Source of the DNA: Octopus sinensis
Lineage: Eukaryota
Reading direction: 5' to 3'
Length of the DNA stretch: 64,000 nt
NCBI RefSeq assembly: GCF_006345805.1
Contig: NC_043015.1
Span: forward strand, 10,106,001 to 10,170,000
Shown here: positions 1 through 14,200 of the stretch, one piece after another
How positions within the stretch are numbered: the first letter of the stretch is position 1
Layout of the letters: every line of letters begins with the position of its first letter
Translations under genes and position numbers: made by a program
The notes under the pieces: generated by a model
Seen by the model: only the letters and a program-made list of their open reading frames with translations
What the model was told of the DNA's origin: nothing
The model's database searches: none

Positions 1-297
1 ACACACACATAGCAGACACACACAAATACACACACTAATATAAATATGTATATACATATTTATATAGGGTTACCCAAAAGTCACTAGACAATAAATCAAA
101 ATTGCATAAATACCATTTGGAATTCTGTGTTGTTTCGAATGGAAAAATATCTCGCTCAAGAAGGACTTGGGTTTGAACAATTTTCATGATGTTTCATATT
201 TAGATGTTTTTTTATTATATCCATTTAGTTGTTAGATATAAATAATTCCTTGAATTATATGGTCTTGATTTACTCTCAGGTGACTTTTGGCCAATCC

Positions 298-328
<31 letters not shown>

Positions 329-1242
329 GGAGAGATATGGTAAAAGTAGAGTGGCAAAGATACAGAGAGATAACTCGCTTACTATATATGCAGCTACATA
401 TATTCAGAGTGAAACTCGGTGGGGGAGAGATAAACAGAATTGTGTAATCCTACAAAACTCTCGATGGCATGTTATTTTCGTAATGTTATTAGACACATAC
501 TACAACAGATTCATTGTAAAATAGGGGTTTATGTAAATTCCAATGAATATATCATACTGTCATTCATGAAATTTTGGGGTGATGAGAATTTATTTGTAAA
601 TGTAATATAATTGGCTTGACAACAACTTGGCATCAAGTAAGCTTTATAATATTGCATATATAAAGTAGATTATAGTTGTTAATACTACGCATTTTAAATG
701 CTGACAGCTTTTTCACGATTATTATCGTCGAAAGCTTACACAGAAAAATATATGAAATAAAGAATCAACAGTAATAAAACTGATTATGATTACATATTTT
801 TTCTATGACAAGAAGATGTGTATGTCAGCTTTAAGTGTTATTTTAATTGAGAGCAATTCATTATTTTGCATTTATACGTTTACAAAATTTTTCTTTTTCC
901 CCATATCGACGTTGTGCATTTTCTTTTTAATTTGCCTCTATTTGTATTCATTCGCGCAATTATTCTTAGAAATAACACACTTTTCTTTTTTCTCTACTTG
1001 AACAGATGCATATCATTAAGCAAAAATAAGAACTTATATACACATATACACACACGACACACACACACGCAAACACAGACACACACACACACATAAATAT
1101 ATATATATGAATCTCTCTCTCTCTCTTTCACACGTATATATACATGCACACACAGACACACACACATACAAACACATGCATATATATATATATGAATCTC
1201 TCTCTCTGTCACACGTATATATACATATACATGCACACACAT

Positions 1243-1342
<100 letters not shown>

Positions 1343-1500
1343 TGTATGTATCTATGTATGTATGTACGTATGCATGTATACATGCAAGTGTGTACGTTTG
1401 CATGTATGTAAATCTGTATACATAAATGGTAATTTTTGTCTGTGGTTGTGTGTATGTTTGTGAATAACTTTCAATTTTCTCCTCCGATCCTGATGAGAGT

Positions 1501-2515
1501 TGACACGCGTGAGGTGCTTATGCCCATGTTGTTACCTAGGCACTTAGAATTTCAAACAAGATAATTTTTAATCAGCATTGTTTTTTCAAACATCAGTACG
1601 ATATTTCAATACAAATTCTCATATGTATGATATTTTCTGCCATAACATTTAAAGTTTTCAACCGATTTTCTTCTAATTGTATACACAGATGGAATATACG
1701 CTACACATGTGTTGCGACAAATACATTTCTTTAAGCACATGCACAAAAATGACGACAGCATGGGTTTGCTACTAGACTCTCTTCATTGTTTTCGTCAAAT
1801 TGGTCCTACCAATTAATATAGATTTCAATTTGAAGAAAAACTGCCGAAATTCAACGAAAGTCTTTCATTCTATAAACAGACATCATATGAACTGAACTCT
1901 CATTAGCATTTCCTAATTCTGCATTTCAATACGAATCGTTTTCATTTGCTAAATTTTATTATTTCAATTCGTTAATTTAATTCCACAGCTTTTCGGGTTT
2001 TAGTTACGCAAGTGCTTTTTATGCTTCAAGCATTTTCTCCCCAGCATTTCATGTATAACGGCAGATATACTGACAACCAAACTACAATTAAACAAACTAT
2101 TACTTATATACAAGGTTTAACTCATCACTACACCCTCTCCTAAATTGCGAATACTTTTAGAGTTCAGATAGCGTTAAGCTACTGCATAAACCTTAACAGT
2201 TTTGTAAGACAGGGGATATTCTCATGTGGGACTCAACTTCACGAAGAAAGTCAGGGCTTCATATCCAGCCTTGGGTGTGTATGTGAATTTGTTACTCTAA
2301 CCCCTCCGATGCTATCCAACCGATTTTCAAGAAATTTGACACGTGTGTTGGACTTATGCCCATGCGATCATGTACATGCTTAGAAGTTTTTAAAAATTGA
2401 TCATTTTTTTAAACAAATCAACAGGACGTGTCAATGCAAATTCTCACATGAATGTTATTATCTGCCATTACTTTTAACGCTTTCAACCGATTTTCTTGAA
2501 ATGTTATACACAGAT
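1501..2515. repeat. Pair of diverged ~185-bp direct repeats (1501-1690 and 2337-2515), possibly Helitron/Helentron-associated
   Basis: Both copies share TGACACG...CTTATGCCCATG...CAAATTCTCA...TCTGCCAT...TTTCAACCGATTTTCTT...ATACACAGAT. The family assignment is inferred from the CCGATTTTC..GAAATTTG motif only. Confidence 0.4.
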
Positions 2516-3544
2516 TATGCGCTAAGGGTGGCTTTTGACAAATAAATATTTACTTAGGCCACTCCATTAAAGCGTAAGATGATTTTTGATTAGCTGATCA
2601 AGAAAATTTGGACTAAATCGTTGTGGGGTTAAAATTTTCCTCAATTATTTCAGAATTCTCAGATTGCTGTAACATGTATTTTCTTAAAACTTGCACCTAA
2701 ATTCATCAATTCTAAACGCTGCAACTTTGTGTCCTAAAACTTATAACTTGTATTTTCTTAACACCAGTATTTAAAACTATCAGTACTAACCGTTGCAATC
2801 CATATTTCATTCTCACGATCAGTGGAACCATCCCCATGATACGCAGTTGTCAAATTAAGTGCCTTTTCCTTTTTTGTTTACTTTTCAAACGTTTATGTAC
2901 TTTTGTTTTCGTAGTACTCCTTTATAAGTTCCCTCTTGATGTTTCTATTGATTATATATTTGCAGCTTTCCACTCACCACTCATGTGACCAAACAATTGT
3001 CATTTTCCGATTCCACACGTATTCATTTGTATAAATGTTTCGTGAATGAATTTGCTTACACCTTCTATTATCTGTCCTATGTCTTTCATTTTCCGTCAGA
3101 GAAAAAATACCGCATTGTAATGATTACTTAGAATATCCCTGCTCCTGGTTATTACAGGGTACCTCAGCTAGTATATACATATGTAACTGATTCATCTCCG
3201 AATCTACATTACACTAATTTTTACGCCATGTTCATTGGATACTTTTAATCGTGAATCACCTGCTATTTCAGAAAAAAAATTTCTATTTCAGAAAAAAATA
3301 ATTGCCTATGTAAGTATAGCTGCTAATATTGCATTAGTAAAATCTCGTGTTCAAATACATTTTTAGTAAAACTGTTGCATCTCCTCATTTATACCTACAT
3401 TGCAACAATTCGCGCAAATAACCATTTGCTAATAGACATACAGCCACTTATAATTTGTCCTGTAGATGCATATTATCGTATTACTGTTGGATGTTATTTA
3501 TAGAATTCTACGATATAAAACATTTCCCTTGTTGGTGGTTACCA

Positions 3545-3662
3545 TTATTTATGAGTGACCAAATTCGGCCTCGGTGGAATTTGAATTTTGCATGTAGCGA
3601 CGGGCGAAGTATGGCTAAGTATTCTATCCAGCGTGCTAGCGATTCTGCCAGCTCGTTGCCGT
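3545..3662 (-). mobile_element. SINE family A, tRNA-like head fragment
   Basis: Reverse complement reads GAGCTGGCAGAATCGCTAGCACGC...AAATTCCACCGAGGCCGA, matching the other family A copies. Confidence 0.7.
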
Positions 3663-3698
3663 ATTTAAAAATGATAATAATAATAATAATAATATTAA

Positions 3699-3735
<37 letters not shown>

Positions 3736-3755
3736 CATATATACATACATATATA

Positions 3756-3808
<53 letters not shown>

Positions 3809-4254
3809 TATGCATATATATGTGTGTGTATGTGTGTGTGTGCGCGCGTGCGTGTATTATATTTAATTCATTTACATATTCAATCTAGTGGAGTATAGAT
3901 ATTACGGTGAGCGACAAATAACTAGTATTTTGTATTTATGGATATTTTCATTCCGCTTATCGTGTTCATATCATTAACGGCAAGATGCCTACAAAAACCA
4001 CCATTCCGTACAACCAGCAATACTGCGTATAAAGTTTTCAAGTTACAAGGCTTTCACCAAAAATATTCATTATCTAATATGATATTATGAGCACCCTCTT
4101 TTTCTATAAACTTACGGGCGTCGGCATATCTAAATGTATTATGAAGATCTGTTGTGTTATATTTTTCTCTATATCTATATTATATACAATTGCAAGATTA
4201 GCACAATATACATGAGAAATTTTATTCAATTAGTGCATGATTCGCTAAATTTTT

Positions 4255-4420
4255 GTTGAGACGTGGGTGGGATAAGAAACTAACTTACAAATCACATGGC
4301 TCTGGGTTCAGTTCCACCGCGTGGCAACTTGGACAAGCGTCTCCGACTACATCACCGAGCCAATCAAACCCTAGTGGGTGGGTGTTTTAGCCGGAAATTG
4401 AAAGAAACTAACTGTGTATG

Positions 4421-4473
<53 letters not shown>

Positions 4474-4760
4474 ATGTGTGTGTGTGTGTGTGTTGGTGTT
4501 TGTGTATGTGTGTGTGCGTGTGTGTGTGTATGTATATATGTATAAACATATAATATGAGTGTGCGTGTCAAAGTTTAGTTGCTCACCGGTGTCAGGGTGT
4601 TTACGTTCTTATAATCAACCTATTCGACAAAAAATGCCGATAGAATAAAAACCAGGCTTAGAAGAATTAAGCATTATCTTCCATCTATATGAATTTAAAA
4701 TAATCTTCAAACTAGTGCCCCACCATGACCACAGCCTTACGATTACAGCAAAAGAGGTAA
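4255..4760 (+). mobile_element. SINE family B, old diverged copy with internal (TA)n/(TG)n
   Basis: CACATGGCTCTGGGTTCAGTTCCACCGCGTGGCAACTTGGACAAG head/core, then microsatellite, then degenerate GCCGATAGAATAAAAACCAGGCTT second half. Confidence 0.7.
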
Positions 4761-6820
4761 CTTATAATTATGCTGAGATTAAATGCAGCAGAATACAATC
4801 GAACATACGCACACGTGTACATGAATGCATGTGTCTATGGAAAGCAAATAAAATTTTGTAGCAAGATTATATTGGGATCTCAAGATCAAAGTTATCGACT
4901 GGTGCATGCGCTTTTTCAGGGTAGGGGAACATTGGAACGTTTCTGTATTTTCTTCTAATTACTTAATAATTTTCATGTGCTTTGAATTATTTTAAGCACA
5001 TTGAAGTTTGGATAAAACGAATGCATCTCTAGGTAGCTACCCGACCTTCTAGATGTACGAATAAAATCTTTCCCGATCATCTAGCTTATAAGAGAAAGAT
5101 ATCTCGCACCATTTGATCCGAGATATTACAAAAATTACCGGATGTTAATCTTTGGAGTGCTTTTGATCACCAGTCTGTAGGATCATGTTCACCCTACCAA
5201 GATCCACACCATATTTCAGTGAATGAGTTTCTAAACTAGAACAGTATGCGTTAACTATAATCCTAATCACGTGTCTTACACATTTATAAATTTGGAATGT
5301 TATTTCTTTAAAATTTGAATGCCTTTCTCAAAAGCGTTTGACAAAATTTATATTTGTCATCTGCATATTTAAATTATATAGTCCGCTCTGCCTTAAATCT
5401 AATGAGTTCCATCTAGTTAATTTATGCAGATGCCTGCTATGATTATGAAATTTTCTCTCTCATTCAACGGTTAAAAATAATGCGTTTTAGTGAGAAACGA
5501 TCATACTTATCAATTTGACAAATACTGATTAATTCGCCGGATTTCACTTCGCAGAAATAAAACCTCAGGTCAACAGAAGACATTTCTTTACAGAGTGTAA
5601 TAATTCTATTTCTGCAAACCACTTACTTTGATACAGAAACAGGCATCTTTTCGTCGAAACTTTTAGCTACTTAATACAATCAATTTTATTTGAGTAATTG
5701 AAGTTTTATCGAAATGACATTTTCTTCTAATTTTACATTTGAATACCTAAAGTCGAGTGTAAAATGAATTAAAACATGCCGAAACAATCAAATAGTTTGT
5801 TGAATTTGAAATGTGGTTTACAGTCGTGTTTAACTGATACCAAGCGATAAATGCTGTTACATAAAATTCAATAAAATGGATGCAGCCTGTGGTATTATAA
5901 TATAGTATCTACATATATTATCTCTAGTTTCAGGCCTCCTTTAACAGAAGAATATAAAATTAACAACATTTTCAATATAGCCTACCTGCATTACATCCAT
6001 TGCTCATTTAGAATGATATCCTATGTTAATTTCTACGATAATTGACAAGAATTTACGGGAGATTTGGTTGATATATCTAAAGGGATCTGCAATTAAATAA
6101 AGACAACACACTGTTCTCATAAATGTATGCTTCCCTGCGATTACGTTACCTTGGAATGTTGCATCAATATGATTTTCAGTAATTCAACAAATTATGGCCA
6201 CCCAAGGGTTAAAGGCACACATTTTTGCTGCAAAATAATTTTCGTTTCACTCATAATCTAATTTTATCCAGAATACACTATTTCCAAAGATAGCAAACTG
6301 TTCAGAAATCCAAGCATATAACGTTAAATTAAACACAGGATTCCTTAATTTTGTGGCGGCCCAAAGAGATTTATAAAGTTAAACGCGGGGTGACAGCATC
6401 GAATATATATGCATGAATTTATATCCTAGTTTACATTAGAGCACAAAGATTAATGAGGCATCGTGCCGGTTTCAGGTAGATATTATCATAAAAATTATGT
6501 TTTGTCATATACATGAGACAACGAGAATAACGCAGTGGAAATTTGGCTCTCTAAATCTTTATATGGTCTTGTCAGACAGTGCATGAAAAATGTTATATCA
6601 ATCATTTTCAAGCTACTACCTTGCATTTTGTTGGCATTAACGGACTAACAATTTTTTGTTGGTATTAACGAACTCACAAATTCACCCTTGATCGATACAT
6701 AAAAATGTATATGTGTCCTGCAAGCTTTCTCTAATTGTAATTTAATCAAAGTTAAAAATTCTGAATAGTATCGGTTCCATGAACAAAGGTGCACTTGTTT
6801 AAAATCTACTGTATACTTAC

Positions 6821-6888
6821 TTGTAAAAATGAAGCACATCAGTTTTGAAATATGGGCTTTCATTTCCACCCCAAGAAAGATATTTACT
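6821..6888 (-). CDS. Weak candidate internal exon (SKYLSWGGNESPYFKTDVLHFY)
   Basis: Acceptor GCATTGTTCATTTAG and donor CAA|GTAAGTAT. The 68 nt are open in phase 0, compatible with the candidate exon at 8081-8161. No homology recognised. Confidence 0.2.
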
Positions 6889-7020
6889 CTAAATGAACAA
6901 TGCATTCAGATCCGAAATTTTCAGAAAACTATTCGGATCTCTCAAGGACGAAGTGCAGACTATAGACAAATATATCCCCATACTTCCATAATACACGCCT
7001 ACAATGTCATTACGATATAA

Positions 7021-7254
7021 TATATATTTCTTTACTGCCCACAGGGGGCTAAACATAGAGGGGACAAACAAGGACAGACAAAGGAATTAAGTCGATTACA
7101 TCGACCCCAGTGCGAAACTGGTACTTTATTTATCGACCCCGAAAGGATGAAAGGTAAAGTCGACCTCGGCGGAATATGAACTCAGAACGTAGCGGCAGAC
7201 GAAATACTGCGAAGCATTTCGCCCGGCGTGCTAACGATTCTGCCAGCTCGCCGC
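7021..7254 (-). mobile_element. SINE family A, full length, tail type 1
   Basis: Reverse complement: GCGGCGAGCTGGCAGAATCGTTAGCACGCCGGGCGAAATGC (A box)...GTTCTGAGTTCATATTCC (B box)...CCTTTCATCCTTTCGGGGTCGATAAATAAAGTACCAG core...TTTAGCCCCCTGTGGGCAGTAAAGAAATA tail. Confidence 0.85.
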
Positions 7255-8080
7255 TATAATATACTTGTCTCTCTCCGACAATTTTCCTTACACAGATGTT
7301 TAATGTATTTTTATCTAATTCACAGGCACCTGCTCCGAATAAACATATATTCAACCCAATTCTTTAAATCTGCTCTTTTTCTTCTTACCTTTTCAATTAA
7401 ATACAATCAACAGCATAACTAACTCAGACGAATATATGTGAAAATTATAAGGATGTACTGTTAGCAAATCTATAACAATGAAACTATGTATACATCATAG
7501 AGAAAACACAAGAAAACTATTGTGGTGTGGCTGTACATCTGAGCACGAGAATGCATAACTTTATAAACGTTTGTATCTCTTTGTAATGGCTTGAATGAAT
7601 ATCAGCCCGTTTGAACGGGAGTTTTCTATTGTTGTTTTGTCTAACGATTCCTGACTTGTTTAAGGCAAAATACAATTAGTATAGCCTTTCTTACGATATG
7701 CACCAATCTTATACGATGAATAAACAATACTAAAATATCAAAGCTTTCATGGGCTGATTCATTGTCGCTGTAATAAATCAATTTATTCACTTATGTGAAC
7801 TAGTATCTTGTTTAAGAATTTGCAAACAATGTGAGACAATTACGGCAGCAGGATTTCTACTCAGAGTTCAGACAACCGGAAGACCACCCAATCTTCTTAT
7901 ATGCGGTACTAATGTTTGTACCATTTACACATTTTATGTAACTCTTCAATCGAAAATCTGAAAGAAAATATAGGACGAATAGCATTAACGATTACATAGT
8001 TAGATCAATTTATTTAATAACATGGAATGGTTATACACTAATCCATTTTGGACTGGGCTATTTCACTGATGTTGTCTTAC

Positions 8081-8161
8081 GTAAGAATAAAACAATATCA
8101 ATGACATGAGCAATAGTGGCAGCATAACACTGGCAACACAGTTCTCTAGCTTTGTAGCCAT
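8081..8161 (-). CDS. Weak candidate exon encoding a hydrophobic signal/TM segment (MATKLENCVASVMLPLLLMSLILFYSY)
   Basis: ATG at 8161, 27 codons with an uninterrupted hydrophobic run, ending at donor TAC|GTAAGA. No homology recognised. Confidence 0.25.
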
Positions 8162-8319
8162 GGATTCTTTGCAATTAACTAACAAATTGTCTCGTATAAT
8201 CTTGAGTTGTAAGTAAGTAATGAATATCCGGATAAATACATTCGTGATTCCTATCTCTAGTTCCGGTAGATCAGAATTGCAATTATACAATTACAACATT
8301 TCAAATTCAGATATCTCCT

Positions 8320-10005
8320 GTTGGCGCTTGTCGTTGCTAGATTAGTCAGTGAGGTGCAAACATGCCCTCGAACAGATCTATCCACGACAAACTCCACCTC
8401 ACGCGATATATCATAGACAGTGTAGGTAAGGAATCTGGTATTGGTGGGGCGTTGATCAATTTTGATCAAGCAAAAGCTTTTGATAGAGTCGAGCATTAGT
8501 ACTTGATAGCTTTCCTGAAAGCGGCTGGTTTCGGTCCCGTTTTCAAAGCATAGATCGTTGCAATTATAGCGACATCTGCTCGGTAGTCCCAGGTAATTGC
8601 CCCCTTTCGGAATCATTAAAATCGCACGTTCGGTTCGTTTACCGTGTCGATTCTCATCCTTTCTGTATGTGCTGCTTCTCGAGACACTACTGCGGATGTT
8701 AAAAATTTCGCGTGAACTAGAATGTAGAGTTTTCGTGTTAGTATGTTCGGACGACGTCTCCGTAATAGTGTCGGATGTCTCGGAAATCAAGGTGATTGGC
8801 ACTAAACTAAAGGATTAAGAAGCGGTGACAGAATCAATGCTTAAGCTGGAGAAGTTACTGGGTCTGCAGCTCGACACCAGGAGATGTAGGGCCATGCTGA
8901 CCGACAGTGTTCTTGGACGCTGGACGGAAGGACCTTTTAGAGTGCTCGGGGTTTGGTTTGGAACAGATCTCCAAGAGGACAAGAACTGGGAGGATGTGAC
9001 ACGCAGGGTGGCTTATTTCAACCAGAAATATGGTGAGAGAAAGCTGCCTTTAAAAGGTCGAGTGGGGGTGAAAACGTGTACATCGCATCCGTCATCTATT
9101 ACCGCGTCAGCATTATTCCTTGCTCTGCTGCGTAGTTGATTAAGCTGGAGCGTTTGCTTTTCCACTTTCTGTGGAAAGGACAGGTTCCGCTACGTGGAGG
9201 TTTTGGTATGCCGTAGCTAATGATGCGTAGGCATTCGCTGAGGCTACGACATATCCAGCGTTAATTTATCAGTGAAAAGTTGTCCCGTTTTGATAAACGC
9301 GCCTTCCCACTGCTCTTCTCTTTGATGGAGTGACAGTCCTGGATCAAACAAAGACCGATATAGAACGATTGACCTAGAGTGTCTCCAAGCGCTCACAGCT
9401 TTCTGGCAATGCGGTCGATGGAAGCTCCCCTATAGAGTTTTATTGGGGATCAGTGGAGGAAAGGAGTGACGATATTCTTGGGGAATCTTTGAGTGTTGCG
9501 GATGATCGGTTGGCTGGTCTATTGCGGAGTACGTTTGGGTCGGGGCCCATGAATAATTTCGAGAAATAGGTTGAATGGCAGCGCTACGCGTCTGAATGAG
9601 CTGAAGCACTTTCCTCTTCGGCCAAGGACTCATTAACCTTTTCAGTTTCCACCTGTACAGGAAGGTGAGGGTGGAGAAGGAGGTGCTGTCGCCCAGTACG
9701 TTCGTTGAAATGTGGGTGAATGGGGCGAGGATGGCCCTTTTGAATGGGCCTACATTAAGTATGCGCTTGTAATGTGGAAAGGGTAAGAAGAAGAGGGCTG
9801 CTTCCCTAGGTGCCCTGAGTGATCGAAGTATCCATTGTGTGTGTGGTTTCCTGGTTGGATTTTCCCCAACTAGGGAATTTAACTGTTTGAATTCTATTTA
9901 CTGTTTACACAAATCGTCTAAACGCCAACGTCCCTGGCTTGTTTTGTGTAAGGTTATTTTGTTCTTTTTTTTTCCAGTGGGTCCTTGTGGTCAATAAAGT
10001 ATGTA
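8320..10005 (+). mobile_element. 5'-truncated, decayed L1/Tx1-clade LINE (RT and 3' end)
   Basis: Plus-strand translation gives ALINFDQAKAFDRVEH, SVRLPCRFSSFLYVLLLE (a QGCPLSP remnant), CSDDVSV (a YADD remnant) and LGVWFG...NW...RKLPLKGR, with stops and frameshifts. AATAAA lies at ~9993. Confidence 0.85.
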
Positions 10006-10020
10006 TTGATGTTATTATGA

Positions 10021-10355
<335 letters not shown>

Positions 10356-10769
10356 ACGCTTAATCCTAGAAAAAGTAATAAACTGGTTTTGGAACTTAAG
10401 ATGCTCGTATTTTAGAACAAGGCATAAGGCCTGTATTCCCTACATATTCAACATGCAACAGATAATCTTTACACAAAGTAAAGATACATGACTTTGAAAC
10501 TAGTCTGACGATGCCCCATTCCGAGATATTTGACCATTCATTTTCTTTATGTTTTCACACCTTATCATACAATGTATGTTGTCAGAAGCAGAAATATAGG
10601 AAGACACTTATAGCGGGCAATTAAGTTATGCTAAACTTATTCTGCGTTCTCTCACATATCGATTAATCTTCGAAATAATTTCACACTTCTTTAATATAAA
10701 GAAAAAATATATATATATATGTATGTGTGTTTGTGTGTGTGTGTGCGTGCGCGCGCGCGTGTGTGTGTG

Positions 10770-10913
10770 TAGGGGTGGCTGTGCATACCAACCACATGGT
10801 TCTGGGTTCAGTCCCACTGCGTGGCACCTTTGGCAAGGGTCTTCTACCATAGCCACTGGCCGACCAAAGCCTTGTGATTGGATTTGGTAGACGGACACTA
10901 AGAGACGTCCGTC

Positions 10914-10966
<53 letters not shown>

Positions 10967-11212
10967 TATATTATATATATGTGTATGTGTGTGTGAGTAT
11001 ATGTTTGTGTGTCTGTGTTTGTCCGCCGAACATCGGTTAACAAGCTATGCTGGTGTGTTTACGTCCCCGTAACCTAGCGGTTCGAGAAAACAGACCGATA
11101 GAATAAGTACTAGGCTTACAAAGAATAAGTCCTGGGGAGGGGCGGTTTTCTAGACTAAAGGCAGTACTCCTGCATGGCCACAGTCAAATTACTGAAACAA
11201 GTAAAAGAGATG
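10770..11212 (+). mobile_element. SINE family B with internal (TA)n/(TG)n
   Basis: CCAACCACATGGTTCTGGGTTCAGTCCCACTGCGTGGCACC head/core, with 3' end CATGGCCACAGTCAAATTACTGAAACAAGTAAAAGAG. Confidence 0.9.
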
Positions 11213-11314
11213 GGAGAGTATAAGAATTTGGATGCACATACAAGCGAAGAACGAGAGATAGGTTGATATATAATATCTATTATCTACAGTACCCTACTTA
11301 ACAGTGAAGTACCT

Positions 11315-11500
11315 AATTATTATTCTTTTCTACTGTAGGCACAAGACTCGAAATTTTTGGGGAGGGCTCTAGTCGATTATATCAATCCCATTACGTAAGT
11401 GGCACTTAATTTATCGACCTCTAAAGGAAGAAAGGGAAAGTATATTTCGGCGGAATTTGAACTTAGAACTCAGAAATGCATATCGGTATTTCGTCTGTCT
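11315..11500 (-). mobile_element. SINE family A fragment, tail type 2
   Basis: Reverse complement has AGTTCAAATTCCGCCGAAAT...CCTTTAGAGGTCGATAAATTAAG and tail CCCCAAAAATTTCGAGTCTTGTGCCTACAGTAGAAAAG. Confidence 0.7.
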
Positions 11501-11517
11501 TTGACAGACGAAATACC

Positions 11518-11731
11518 ACTTTCTTTAGTATCCACAAGGGGCTAAACACAGAGAGGACAAAAAGGACAGAAAAACAGATTAATTCGATCACAACGACCCC
11601 ATTGCGTAACTGGTACTTAATTTATCGTTCCCGAAAGGATAAAAGGCAAGTTGACCTCGGCAGAATTTGAACTAAGAGCATAACGGCAAACGAAATACGC
11701 CCGGCCTCCTAACGATCCTGCCAGCTCGCCG
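11518..11731 (-). mobile_element. SINE family A, tail type 1
   Basis: Colinear with the 7021-7254 copy, including the TTTAGCCCCTTGTGG tail. Confidence 0.8.
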
Positions 11732-12684
11732 TTTTATTGAAGTACCTGATTATTATTTGCGTATCAAATATCATATTTAATAATATTATTGTTATATACT
11801 CACAGGGAATAGAATAAAATGTATTGTAATTTTTATGCGCATGTAGTCCTCATTTTCTGTATTAATATGAAATGTTAACTTATCTAAAGTCCCATGATAC
11901 TGCTTTTGTATCCAATTTCTATAGTTTTAATATGGTCAGAAACGAAAAGGTAAAAACGACGTTCTAATGTTCCTTATGCGTTGTATAAATGTCTATGAAT
12001 GTATAATGTTAGAATATTATTATAAGAATGATTAAAGAATATTCAAATTTATAAATATCCATTAGTACGTTTACAACAAAACGAAAATGAAATTTCCTTG
12101 AAATATATTTTCACAATATTTTATTAGTTTTAATGTTCTATAAATATGTGACATTTGAATGCAATTTAGGATTAAACAGCAACGTTGCCCATTTACAAAT
12201 TTGGATATTGAGAGGTAAAGTAAAAACAAAAAAAAGTAATCATTTCATCTCTAAATGTCTCACTTCTTACGATTAAATGAATCATTGAGAATTTAAAAGG
12301 AAATTATGGGAAATATATGGAAAATTTATGAAACACGAAGAGCATATCCATGCTCTTTTGGTTTTAAAGAAAAAGAAAACATTCGAACGTAATGTAAAAT
12401 AAGCAATAAGATGAGCAAGCAAATTATCAAATTAATATTCAAAGAACATGAATAACTCGTTGAAAATATCTAAAAGAAATTTCAGAAAACGAGAATATTT
12501 AAAGAACTAGAAAGGGGAATTAGGATTCATGCAAGGGAAGTATGTAAAAGAAAAGGCTCTCTTGACGTATATGTATGTATATGTATATGTCTATATATGT
12601 ATATGTACACATACACACACACACATATATATTGGATATGTATATATATGTGCATATATATATATATATATCCGTATATGTGTG

Positions 12685-12769
<85 letters not shown>

Positions 12770-13329
12770 CTATGTATGTGAATATGTACAAACACATGAT
12801 ATATCGAGAGGAGAAGATACATATATATGTGTATGCATATATATGCATATATGTATGTATTTATGTATATAAACTTATGTATTTGTGCCTATTCATTTGA
12901 AGTTACACGATAAAGGCCAGAGTCAATTAAAGTTACCTAAAATAAATAAACTACGACGTAGTATGATATGTGATATAAACTACGGTAAAATATGGAATGT
13001 GATATACATATGATTCGGACTGTAAGATAAAACCTGATATCCAACAATGAGTTTCTGATTAAAATTGGACTCGAAATTCCGAACTACTGTTAGATATAAA
13101 ATATGGAAGGGAATGAAATATAAAAAGATTTACTATCTAACTCCTGGACCAAGCGTTTAAGTCTTTTGTTAGCAAATAAAATAATTTGCTAGGCGAAGCG
13201 TTCTTCAGCAGGTACACCTTAGATTAAATATATATATATTAACACGAAGCAATCCAGTATATGCCCCGTGCTTATTCATTCTAATTTTTCAATTCTACCG
13301 CGCAAGCTCAGATCCCTGTCGGCAGTAAA

Positions 13330-14200
13330 TTAATATGCCGGCTTTTTCATTTCAAAATTATCCAAATGATTATCAATAATTAACAATATCAAAGAGTAAT
13401 CTGGAATCATCGTGACCCAGAATTGACTTTCTGGCATTCATGATCATTCTGATGTGATGTCAAGATGACTAATACTGGTGCATTGCTCAACAGCAGTTAG
13501 AGCCTTCAGGACGAGGGGTTTAGATATGGAAAGGAAAAATTAACAATGTCAGACAGGGTGAAACAACAGGCTGATTTATTCTCCACACCGCGGAACCAGT
13601 CGACCACGTTTGCGCTGAAGTCCCTGTAGCTCTTCTGAAATCGAGATGGTGATACCGAGAATATTTTTGCTTATAATACCTGTCTCACTTTTAGAGAGGT
13701 TGATCATCCTGCATTTGAGATTGGAGTGGAAGTGAGGTCCTTAAGTGTAAAATTGCAGGGGTGTCACACGGTGAAGCAATTCATATGGTCCTCTATATGA
13801 AGGCGGATGGCAAACTCCTTTGCTCCTGCGTTCATATTATCGTATATGGAATTACTGGTTTTGTTTGTTTTGGTGATGACATACGTAAGAAGACTTGAAT
13901 GTGTGGAAGTGTTCATTTTGTAAATGCTTTTTGTTTTTCCTGAGAGGGTGTGTATACTGAGTGATTGTTTAATGCTGGTCAGATGGTCATGTAGGAATTT
14001 AAGGAAGGGGTTAGAATAATGTTGAAACTTTACCTTCTTTAGAATGTTCCATAGATTAGTCTCGAATTCCTCAAGTTCTTTCATACGTGACGGGCACACT
14101 TGGGATTTGAAGTTGAATTAATCTGTAGATGTAGTGGAAGGACCGTAGTATTCAGAGCCACCCTTACCCATCATATGCAATTACTTGGCACTATACGGGT
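13330..14200 (-). mobile_element. Penelope-like element, RT N-terminal remnant
   Basis: Translates as FKSQVCPSRMKELEEFETNLWNILKKVKF...GKTKSIYKM...VVDWFRGVENKSACCFTLSDIVNF...MNARKSIL. This follows the PLE pattern KEL..FE.DL...DKT.N.YK...VIDWF...FDIV.FYPSI...HARKS. Confidence 0.75.

Noticed and set aside
63-620. Possible Tc1/mariner-type terminus TAGGGTTACCCAAAA near the window start
   Set aside because: It resembles the TIR at 43620-43640, but I found no matching second end or transposase remnant.
1490-1496. CTGATGA hammerhead half-core
   Set aside because: No GAAA or stems at the right spacing.
6908-6940. 9-bp inverted repeat AGATCCGAA/TTCGGATCT
   Set aside because: Too short to distinguish from background.
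8257-8802. 181-aa minus-strand ORF
   Set aside because: It is the antisense shadow of the plus-strand L1/Tx1 RT remnant.
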